NCBI RefSeq assembly: GCF_036321535.1
Contig: NC_087466.1
Span: forward strand, 17,236,001-17,300,000
Source: Camelus dromedarius
Lineage: Eukaryota
Direction of reading: 5' to 3'
DNA length: 64,000 bases
In this document: positions 25,113 through 35,919 of the stretch, piece after piece
Numbering within the stretch: position 1 is the stretch's first letter
How the letters are laid out: each line of letters begins with the position of its first letter
Program-made: the position numbers and the translations under genes
Notes under the pieces: model-generated
What the model saw: only the letters and a program-made list of their open reading frames with translations
Told to the model about the DNA's origin: nothing
Database searches by the model: none

Positions 25113-28100
25113 TCACAGCCTTTTATGTAGACATTTTAATAAGAAATTATACCCATGTTTAATATTAGTATTACTATATTTTTGAATTTTTGGATCCACT
25201 ACCAGGTGCCTAATTAAAACTTTACAGAATAATGACATTTCTATTAGTAAATAATTAATAGTGGTTTGCAAAATTGGTTGTCTTTTAAATTAAACTTGGT
25301 AAATATTGTTTTGTTTTGGTACATTATTTATATCAAGGTTACTCAGTGGAATGCAGTGTTGGTCTTTTTGTTAGATAATAATTTTACTCCTTTCATTTAA
25401 GCAAGTGAGCATGTGCAATTTGACACTCCAATACAGAAGAAAAATGTCTATTGGTTCAGCCCTATCTTATTTGATTTTGTAGCAATGTTTTTAAAGTGCT
25501 TGTCATCTCTTGTAAAATAAGAAAAATGAATTATGCATGAATACAAAGAGATTATTAAATATGTCAACCTNNNNNNNNNNNNNNNNNNNNNNNNNNNNNN
25601 NNNNNNNNNNNNNNNNNNNNNNNNNNNNNNNNNNNNNNNNNNNNNNNNNNNNNNNNNNNNNNNNNNNNNNNNNNNNNNNNNNNNNNNNNNNNNNNNNNNN
25701 NNNNNNNNNNNNNNNNNNNNNNNNNNTAAAACACTTTTTAAAGAATACATGTTAAGGGAGTAGACTTGTTGAGCAATATTTTCCTTGTGCCAGACAAAAT
25801 CATTAAATATATATATATATGTCTGAAAATAATTCAGTTTTAAAAAAAAAAGAAATATAACCCAGCTTAAAGAAAGCTGGAGTTAATTAAAAATTGAATT
25901 GTTTCAGAAATTAATTTTTGCATACCAAGCAAACATGTGACTGTTTTGGAAATGCTTTTTTTTTTTTTTTTTTTTTTTTTAAAGCAAAACAACAGACTTA
26001 AAACTTTAGTATCCTGGTAAGAAAAAATTTACCCTTACAAAGATTTTTAATTTAATAGGGTTGAAATACTAGGGGAGAAGCATTCCTGTATTTTCGGTCT
26101 TTGCATGACTACAGGTTTAAAATATTCAGGTTAGCAGACACCTCATGGATGTCTTGAGCTTAAGCATGAAAGGCATGACTAGCAGCTACCCAGGATTATC
26201 TCTGGCAGCACCAGCCACCTCTCATTACTAGTGGAAAGTTAAGTGATTGCTCCTTAATGGAGAAAGTTTGAACAGGGATTTCTTTTGGAAACGAACTTGT
26301 GAGTTGTGTTTTCTCTATTTGTAGGACAATTTTCAAATAAGGCCGTTAATGGATTTTTGGTATTTGGATAGAAAAGTCACTAACTTGCAGAAATCTTTTA
26401 GAAATGTATGCCAGTATAATATGTGTCACTTCATGTGAAATACTATATTCTAGGGAATTTTAAGGGTTAAAATTTTATGTTAGAGACTAAACTTTAAATT
26501 ATTTTAGAATGACTCAGTACCTGAATTGACTAGATGCCAGGTTTTAAAACGCGTTTAGAAACATTTTGACTAAAATTTTCATTAATTGTGCCGTGACTTG
26601 GTATCCAAAAATAAGTATGTACATACTATATTTATTTGGTGCTAGGAAATGTTAACAAATTTAATCCTTTAATAGATGCTCTTTAAAAAGGAGTCTTGCT
26701 GTATATATTATTATTAAAGGGAAACTATGGATGTGATGTAGTATGTAAAAGCCAGTGTCAGTAATTTTATTATGTACTCAGTTTGAGGTCTCAGATGTAG
26801 TTATCCTCACCATCTTACTGTTTCTGTTAGTCATTTTGGAGTCGGTTTCCTGGTAAGTAGCTAACAGGTCCTAATCATCACACCTGAACATTCGCTATCT
26901 TAGCACAGCTTTCCCTTAAAGGGAGTATCAGTACTTTTGAAAAGAAGCTTAACACTGGGACTGCTATTTGTAGTTTAATTTGCTGCTTCGTCCCCCTCCC
27001 CCACCCCTCTTCGAAGCATTCTTTCATGGTTTGTTTTAAAAGCTGGGAAATTTTTTTTGGTTTCATTTTTAAAGTTTTGCTGTGCTGGTGATCTCTCATG
27101 ACTTGTGCACCCAAGGTCAAAAATGACAAAACCTAGTTAAAAATTAAATGCACAGCCCCATGGACTGAATTGGCTTCATTCAGTAAGATCATGGCTTAGG
27201 AAACTATTTTTGGACTGTGGTTAGTGTTTTGAGGATTCAATAAATTGGTAAATGAGAGTTTTAAACCTTTATATCAAGGAACACAGTGAACAGGAAACTT
27301 ATGGATCAGGTCTGGCCCCCCCAAAATCGATTCTTCTTTTGATTAGCTTGACCTAATCCAGGATTCATGAAGGCAATTTAAATTTTATAAATAGAAGTTT
27401 GATTAATGAATAGCTAAGTGAGAATTTTGAAGTAAATTCACTTTACTTTTAGCCTCTCTGGAATGATTAGCTAAATTAATGAGCATGTATAACAAAAGCT
27501 GTTAAATGATAGATTTAGCTCAGGAAAGGCCTGAATTTCCTGCCTGTCACTCTCCACTTCTTCCTTTCCCGGATCGTTAGACTTTTTTCCTCGTTTACTC
27601 TGTCTTGGTTTTTTTCTCTCTCCCCTTCCAACCTTTTTTCCCCTTTCAGCCTTTTACTTTTTTCTTATCCCACCTTTTTTTGTCTCATTCATAACTGGCC
27701 TTTCAAGGAACCAAACTGTATTTTTAGTATTAAAGTGTAAGTTCCACATTTTTCCCAAGTTTTCATTTTAAGGGGAGAAAAGAGTTCCTGGATAAGGTAC
27801 TTGCTTGACAAACATCTTTTAAGCAAGAAGATGAACAAAGGAAGATATTTCTAATCAAACATCCTTACATTTTATTTGCAGCTTATGATGTATGTTTATA
27901 TCTGCTTAAATTTTCTTGTAATGCATTGTAGTTTACTGGTGTTTAGGTAAGGAACAGATGGTGTTTTAGTTTTTTTGTTTTTTAAACAAAAGCTGAGGTG
28001 GATACATTCAGCTTGGATTACTTGCAGTATTTGTGTTATGAGTGCAGATGAGATAGAATACTCTGTAGCCTTTCAGTATTGGTAAACTGTCACAGAGATG

Positions 28101-28560
28101 CCTTTTTTAAATGCATAGTAAAAAATACTTCATCTTTAATTTTCTCAATAGTTTCAAGATTTTAACGTTTTTCTAATTGATGAAAAACTTGATTATGAGA
28201 CTTGATGGGCATAATTATTCTCTTTGTGATGGCCATGCTTTTTGTGTATAAAAATTAATAAAATAGCACCCAGCGAGAGTTTATTATTGTTACTTTTTAT
28301 TTCCTTAATACTTTGCTTGGAAGGTAATTAAAAGTGAAATTTAAAACTTTTACTACAAAAAGTTCTTGAGTAAAAAAAGTTAAAAAGTAGAAACTCTTTA
28401 AGATTCTATACTCTGCCTTTTTGAAACTTTATAAATAGAATTTGGATTTGGGAATTGCTTTTCCCCCAGACTAGAATTGTCACAAATGAAACATTTAAGA
28501 GTTTGTGGTAGGGAGAATTTTAATGCTAATGGTTTGAAAATGAAGGGAGCGTGAATGAGT

Positions 28561-28660
28561 CTAGACCACTGTCCAGTAGAACTTTCTGTGACAATGGAAA
28601 TGTGCTACAGATTGTGCTGTTTAGTCAGTAGCCACTAGCTACATGTAGCTATTTTAATTA
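28561..28660. mobile_element. MER3/MER33-like hAT relic
   Basis: CTGTCCAGTAGAACTTTCTGTGACAATGGAAATG...TAGCCACTAGCTACATGT. Confidence 0.7.
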
Positions 28661-30112
28661 TTTTAAAATAAATTTGAAAAATAATTGTAAGATTTTTACA
28701 AGCACAAAGTCAGGTTCAAAATTTATGTCAAGTCTTTTAGACCAAGTCAGTGCCTAGAGAATTTTGGGGGAATCTGAAGGTTAACTTAATGAATATGATG
28801 GCAAAGCCTTTTAATAAGCCAGTGGATTTGAAGAAAGACACTGACTACTTTCATAGATTTGTGGGATTATGAAGCTCAAGAAAGCAGTTAACATGTTATT
28901 TTTCTCACCTCCCAGAAAACACTCACTGACTTCTTAAAGAGACCCAGAGAATACGTTGCAAGCTTTCCTTGTTAATATGTTCCAATGTATGTTAACTCTT
29001 ACAGTTAGGGAAATGTCCCAATGTATAAACCAAAGTGCTTTGTTTAACGTAATCTGGGTATTAACCTAACATTAATGCCCGCTGTGGCACTGACAGTGGA
29101 TGCACAGATGATGCCAGCACTGGCATTTTGCCTCACTGTGCCCTCCTTTAAAAGATACATTTGGGAAGATGACCAGTTGGGTTGGAATGTACTGGTGGCC
29201 CTTGGCCCTACAATGTGTGAAGCATTACAGAATTGTTTCATGTGCTTAACCCTCTTCATGACATACCCAGAGTCACCTATGCTGGTGACTCTCGGCAGCC
29301 TTACATATTAGACTGCCAAAGTTAGGGTACCCGATCCCAAAGTAGTGCTTGCTTCTCCCCATCTGTCCCCTATATGTGTTTGCTAACATGTCATATGAAG
29401 AAGGTGAGGCACTATTTTGAAATTGTTTCTTTGTATGGGCTTAGCTTCTCAGGGGTTTTAGGATTGAGATAAGGCGGATGTCCCACGTGGACTTCCATGA
29501 GATATATCTTGAGGACACTGTCCTCACTCATTGCCACGTGTGGTTCCATTTGCATCAGTGTGCTGTCAGTACTGACTGGAAGCAGTGAATCCATCTTGTG
29601 CTTTTTGATTCTCAAATTGCTGTTTTGGGAAGACATGGACAAATTTATGCCTGATCTCCCTGTTTTGTGCCAAGGTATGATCTGTGCTGAGATTCACAAA
29701 AAATTAGCTTTGAGTTCTTATCTTTAATGAACACATTTTCACTCAAACTAGCCTGTCATATTTCCTTTCAGGTTACTCTAGCTAGTAATATTCTTTCTGA
29801 AGGCTGGGGTGCTTTGAAGGGAGTTCACTTTTTTACAAAGTTTAGGTAATCCCATTCACTAGATTTTTATAAAGCAGAAGTGAGAGATTGCTGGGGGAGG
29901 GGGACACCCAGGGAATGAACTGAGTGGCAGTGGCTTCTGCCATCAGCTGAGAGAGATTGTGGTCATTTGGGCCTAAAGATAGAGCCCTGATTTTGCCACA
30001 CATCTCATCCAGCCCCTTTTGCCCCAGTCCTGATGTAGTCCGTGCCCGCAGAACACTGCGCCAGCTCCAGGGCAGTAGCATGGTGAGGTTAGCCAGATGA
30101 CGGCCTTGGGCA

Positions 30113-30146
30113 AAAGTGTGTGTGTGTGAGTGTGAGAGAGAGGGGG
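30113..30146. repeat. (GT)n/(GA)n microsatellite
   Basis: GTGTGTGTGTGTGAGTGTGAGAGAGAGGGGGAGAG. Confidence 0.8.
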
Positions 30147-30466
30147 AGAGTTTGAATTGTTTCTGCCTATGTTTCTAAGTTGCCTTTTCAGGAAAACCTA
30201 GTGACTGTTTAAATTTAATTAATTAGATTTTGATAAAACGTGTGCAGCTATGTTACATGAATAAAATGCTAGTCTGATTATTAAGCAGTAACTTCGCACT
30301 TAGTTTTTCAAGGAATGAATGGTTTAAATGGAGTTGAATATAGAGATTGGTTAGGCATCAAGCATCAGGAAAGCTCAGTTGATGTGAGCTGAAGTTGACA
30401 AGGTGTGGAGGAGTGACTGGGATCATCACACAGGTCAGTTACACACACTCCTTTCTTTCACTTCAG

Positions 30467-30612
30467 TTTCCACTGGCTCCCTTGCTCAGCAGTATGCGCA
30501 CCCTAACGCTACCCTGCACCCACATACTCCACACCCTCAGCCTTCAGCCACCCCCACCGGACAGCAGCAGAGCCAGCACGGTGGAAGCCACCCTGCACCC
30601 AGCCCTGTTCAG
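30467..30612 (+). CDS. ATXN2: Ataxin-2 exon 22-equivalent, (V)STGSLAQQYAHPNATLHPHTPHPQP...PAPSPVQ
   Basis: tttcacttcAG acceptor, GTAAGG donor at 30613, 146 nt. Part of the low-complexity C-terminal region. Confidence 0.97.
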
Positions 30613-31262
30613 GTAAGGAGGGGCTCAGAGGCCTCACCAGAACTGCTTCCTCATTCTATTTACTGAGTATTTTCTTCAGTGCCAGCCAAGATGCTAGGTA
30701 CCATGTGATCAAAACACCTCGCAGCCCTGCCTCTCGGAGCCAGCGAACAGCTCTGCAGGCCCCGCCCCCAGGGTTTAAGTCACATTGAGGTACATAGTGA
30801 GAACAAGGTGATTGGGTAAGTTCTGGAAAACTTAACCAGTGTTGAAAAATCGAATGTAACAAAGTAAGGAATTTGCTTGGACTTTTTAAAAATTTTATTC
30901 CTAACAAAATGATTTTTTTTTTTTTTTTTTAGCTTTTTAAATCATGTTTGTTAACATAAGGAGCTTAAGGATCTGTTTGATATCTGTCAGTTCCCTGGTA
31001 GCCTTGTTTTACCACTCTGGGTTGAGGGCTCAAAGGCTGAGAATCAGGCTTGTACCCCAGAAAGGAATGTCTCTGGACAGGAGGCCCTCTGCCCCAGCCC
31101 TGCTCTTAGCGCCCTGTGCACACATTCTCTTGTCCTTGCCTTCACCCCTCATCCTAGGCCCAGTGGAGTCTGTTTTTGTGTGCAAAACTCAGCTTTGTGT
31201 ATGACTTTAACTGCTTTTTATTTAAAAAGTGGTTTTCTCAATTCTTTCCTGTTACTTTGCAG

Positions 31263-31490
31263 CACCATCAGCACCAGGCCGCCCAGGCTCTTCATCTGGC
31301 CAGTCCACAGCAGCAGTCAGCCATCTACCACGCGGGGCTCGCGCCCACCCCACCTTCCATGACACCTGCTTCCAATACGCAGTCGCCACAGAATAGTTTC
31401 CCAGCAGCACAACAGACCGTCTTTACAATTCATCCTTCTCATGTTCAGCCAGCATACACCAATCCACCCCACATGGCCCATGTACCTCAG
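31263..31490 (+). CDS. ATXN2: Ataxin-2 exon 23-equivalent, HHQHQAAQALHLASPQQQ...PPHMAHVPQ
   Basis: tactttgcAG acceptor, GTAAAC donor at 31491, 228 nt. Confidence 0.97.
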
Positions 31491-33632
31491 GTAAACCTGC
31501 TTTAGCCAACTTTCTGTGAAGACCGAGTAGAGTGTGAAGGTTCTCAGATAAGCAGCAAAGAGCCAGATGCTCTTCAAGCTAGGAGACCTTGTGTGTGGTA
31601 CCATTTGCTTGTCTCCCTTTTCCCACTCAAATACGTGTGATCTGGCCCTAAGTGAATGTTTGTGTGGTTTTGTAATGGAATCAGTGAAGTTGCTGGTTGG
31701 TCAGTCTTTTAACCTTTCCCAACTGAGACCCTAAAAATATTTTTGACTCTTGGAATGCAACCTAGTTCTTTACTTGCTGTGTCTGCTTTGCTGTGTTTAT
31801 ATAGCTTCATTGGTATATCTATGTATACATATATAGTCTTTCCCTCCTTCCTTCCCACCTCCCCCAGTCCCCGCACCCCCATACACACACAGAAGTCTGG
31901 CAAAGAGGGTGGGATTTCACAAATTCTCAACCCTGAGGTGACTACTTGGGGCCTGTCAGGTTGAATGTTAGTCACATGAGTTCCAAAGAAGTCTCTCCAC
32001 TTGTTTTCCCTGGCTATTCATACATCTGCTTTGACCATATGGTGTACTTCTTGAAAGGGCTTGGCCTTATACATTGGTGCTGTGTAACTTGAAGCTGGAA
32101 GCACCCAGGTGTTCCCATTTTTCTTAGAGAACAGCCCTGGAAGCATTTTGGAGCTCACCTCCAGTGTAAGCTTCTAAAGGTTGAAAGGTGTGGTTGCTCT
32201 CTGCATCAGCTACTGACAAAAGTCCAGTGCAATCCAGGGCCAAGTTGGATTGTCTTAATGAGGAGCAGGAGCTGCACTGAAGTTGGGCTCTAACACTGTC
32301 CTGGAGGCCCTCCCTGGAGCTGCTAAGGGTGAAGTGGCTGTATTCGATGTCTCTTTTTGCTGCTTTCATAACAGAGCTCTCTTAGGTGGGTCTAAGCTAG
32401 GCTGCCTCACTCTATGCCCATTTCATTCATGGCGAGCAGTGTGCCACTGAGGCTCTGGCATGGTGGGGGCTGGAGATGCTACTCAGTGGAAGCTGACTCT
32501 CAGAAGGCAGCTTTGTAACTGGAGTGCCACAGCTCTGGGAAGTCTGCGCGTCCTCCCCAGCAGCTGTGTCGGTTCTGTGGTGTGGCGCACTGCAGTGGCT
32601 GCGCTGACTTTGATGGTGGGGCGGGTGGAGCCAGTTTGGTCAGGTGTGGGCCAGTATGGTTTGGCTGAATCAGGAGTTTCACGAGACCTGGGGGCCTGTA
32701 GATGTCTAGCAGAGGCTGGTGGCTAAGTAGGTATGCGAATTTACATGTGAGTTGGGGTTCCTAAAACCTCACTTTTGTGTTTTTGTGCTGAAAGAGCAAA
32801 AGGTTAACAGAGGGAAGCCCAGATATGCCGTGAGTCCATCTGAACATGTACGAGTCAAAACAGCGTTTCAGTCAAGGCTTATTGTGGTCCAGAGCAGTGC
32901 TCAGTATGGGAGGCAGGAAACAGGGCTCTTCCTGGATCTACCAAATCCCCGCAGAGCTGGGATCCGGCTGTTTGGGCTTGCTAAAACCTGTCCGGTTTGA
33001 CACTTGAACTCACTATCAGTTGGTACAAGGGCACTGGGCTGGCCCAGATAATTTCAGATGACCCCTCCCCACCTCACTGGAGCCGTTAACGCAACCCCTC
33101 CTCCTGCTGCTCTGTCAGCGCATCTTTCAGCAGAGTAAAGGGGCCTGGGAGTCTGTTTCCTCACTGCCCTGACTCATTCTTGACAGGTGTGCTGGTGAGC
33201 AGGCAAGAAGCAGAGCGGGAAGGGCAAACAAGGAGAGGACATGGAAGGAGCAGTTCCTGCTTTCTTACTGAAAGGGATGTTCTGAAACTACTTCAGGCCC
33301 CACATGGAGGCCAGATTCTGAAGCATCATTGCATCTAGTCTCCTATTAAGTTGAGAAAGCTGCCCTTTTTCAGTTCTTATCTTTGTGAAGACCTTACCCC
33401 GTGCGTAGAATTCAGTCATCAGAAATACGGAAGGCTAGGACACTGCAGCCCTGACTTCACCCAGGCTCACCGGGTGCCTGCTCCCTCAGTCTTGCAGGGT
33501 CTGCCTAAGGGTGGAGCATGTCTGTAGGTCAGTTGATGATCCTCTAGGGAATATCCCCAGAGGAAAGAAGCTGCCCCGAGCGCCCTGTCGCCCTTCCCTG
33601 AGAGCCCCAGCCCAGCGAAGGGGACAGTTGAC

Positions 33633-33900
33633 NNNNNNNNNNNNNNNNNNNNNNNNNNNNNNNNNNNNNNNNNNNNNNNNNNNNNNNNNNNNNNNNNNNN
33701 NNNNNNNNNNNNNNNNNNNNNNNNNNNNNNNNNNNNNNNNNNNNNNNNNNNNNNNNNNNNNNNNNNNNNNNNNNNNNNNNNNNNNNNNNNNNNNNNNNNN
33801 NNNNNNNNNNNNNNNNNNNNNNNNNNNNNNNNNNNNNNNNNNNNNNNNNNNNNNNNNNNNNNNNNNNNNNNNNNNNNNNNNNNNNNNNNNNNNNNNNNNN
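33633..33900 (+). other. ATXN2: N-run at the expected position of ATXN2 exon 24 (AHVQSGMVPSH...YMTHPS); exon not visible
   Basis: The exon is not found in readable sequence between exon 23 and the 3'UTR fragment. The 268-nt N-run could hold a ~170-nt exon. Inference only. Confidence 0.7.
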
Positions 33901-34683
33901 CCGCTCGCACAGGTCAAATGGCAGGCAGGGCCAGTGCTTCAAGCCCCGCATCTGAGAACTGGCGACACCCGCCACAGTGCGCACAGTAGGGGACTGTGTG
34001 ATCAGCTCAGTGCCAGGGCCTGGGGCTCCCGGGAGCCTCGTCTGTGTGTGTTCTGGTGGTGTGCAGGACTTGGCTGGGTGAGCGGCAGCAGCAGCCTTCT
34101 GTGTAGCTGATGCGTGCTTAGGGCTCAGTTGGCCTTCCTTGTCGATAGGCTGGACAGGCAGCGTTTTCCTTCCTGAGTCCAAAAGTCTGACATGGGGGGG
34201 GCCACCACCATGGCAGAGTTTGATTGTAGCTCTGGAGACGACTACTGATGAGAAAGTGCTGTGTGTGGATTGGTTTTGAGTCTAGTATTAGCTCCATTCT
34301 ATGCCCTGCCAGGGAGAGAATGCCCCGTGATTGTGCTCTAATACTTGATGGCTGCCATGGCGATATTTCAGTCTAACCTATTATTCTGAAAGCAATACTG
34401 GTGCTTGGCTAGTATTTGGGGAGGGGGTATGTTAAGGCCTTTTGTTGGTACCCCATCAGCAACAACTCTTCTGGGAGTTTTATCTGAAGTGGTTTTATGT
34501 CTGACTGGTTTGTTTCTACCCACCCACCCACCTCTCCCCCTTTTGGTACAGATGGAGGGGGTGGGAGGGGTGAAGAATGAATTAAATTTTGAGTCTTGTT
34601 CAGCTAGCACAAGGATAGTTCACAGTCGTGTGCTGCAGAGACACTAGGCTAACGTGCAGTGTTGCCAGTTTTCTGTTTAAATA

Positions 34684-35350
34684 NNNNNNNNNNNNNNNNN
34701 NNNNNNNNNNNNNNNNNNNNNNNNNNNNNNNNNNNNNNNNNNNNNNNNNNNNNNNNNNNNNNNNNNNNNNNNNNNNNNNNNNNNNNNNNNNNNNNNNNNN
34801 NNNNNNNNNNNNNNNNNNNNNNNNNNNNNNNNNNNNNNNNNNNNNNNNNNNNNNNNNNNNNNNNNNNNNNNNNNNNNNNNNNNNNNNNNNNNNNNNNNNN
34901 NNNNNNNNNNNNNNNNNNNNNNNNNNNNNNNNNNNNNNNNNNNTAATTCCATATGCTGTTTCCAAGTCCCGCAAGTACCCCAGCTCTGCTTGCTGAAACT
35001 GGAAGTTATTTATTTTTTAATGACCCTTGAAAGTCNNNNNNNNNNNNNNNNNNNNNNNNNNNNNNNNNNNNNNNNNNNNNNNNNNNNNNNNNNNNNNNNN
35101 NNNNNNNNNNNNNNNNNNNNNNNNNNNNNNNNNNNNNNNNNNNNNNNNNNNNNNNNNNNNNNNNNNNNNNNNNNNNNNNNNNNNNNNNNNNNNNNNNNNN
35201 NNNNNNNNNNNNNNNNNNNNNNNNNNNNNNNNNNNNNNNNNNNNNNNNNNNNNNNNNNNNNNNNNNNNNNNNNNNNNNNNNNNNNNNNNNNNNNNNNNNN
35301 NNNNNNNNNNNNNNNNNNNNNNNNNNNNNNNNNNNNNNNNNNNNNNNNNN
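34684..35350 (+). other. ATXN2: ATXN2 terminal exon 25 (last codons, stop and 3'UTR), mostly N; readable 3'UTR fragment at 34944-35035
   Basis: TAATTCCATATGCTGTTTCCAAGTCCCGCAAGTACCCCAGCTCTGCTTGCTGAAACTGGAAGTTATTTATTTTTTAATGACCCTTGAAAGTC closely matches the recalled human ATXN2 3'UTR. The flanking N-runs (260 and 315 nt) fit the rest of the exon. Confidence 0.85.
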
Positions 35351-35913
35351 ATGTGTGTTTGTATGAGCTATTCCCATTATAGGATACTGAATATGGGGGA
35401 GGAGGGCTGGCTCTGCTTTCTTAATACCCTGGAAGATTCGCTAGCTGTCAAATGCTTTTTTTTCTTCACCTTTAGTTCTAATTCAAGGTATCTCTAGAAA
35501 AAGACAAGACTGAGATAATTCTCTTTGGTGCATAGAGGTCTGCTTCAGAAGGAGGAAGGTTGGCCAGAGTTGGGCAGCACTGAAAGTCCACATCCTCAGC
35601 CCGACGCTGATTCCGTAAGCTTCCTTTTTAATATCTCCTGAACCCAAATGAGTGTTGTTAGTTGTCCTGATTCAGGCATCTGTTTTACCAGTAGAGGGCA
35701 GGATACACTTAAAAAAAAAAAAAAAACCTGATACAGAGGACTGAAAAGATGCAGTGATGTACAAAGTAGCATATTGCTGTAGACTCCTAAGCATGTGTTA
35801 ATGTCTCCAATTTGTGGGAGGACGACAAATGGGAAAGCAAGTATTTTGCAGAGCCCAAGTCCTAATAGAGCCTTTAAATAACGTGACAACAAATCAAGGT
35901 TCTGAAAACTTTC

Positions 35914-35919
35914 TTTAAT
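35914..35919 (-). terminator. SH2B3: Probable SH2B3 polyadenylation signal ATTAAA; cleavage expected near 35895
   Basis: TTTAAT on + strand (ATTAAA on -) at the end of a long AU-rich UTR-like tract about 3 kb past the SH2B3 stop. Confidence 0.65.
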
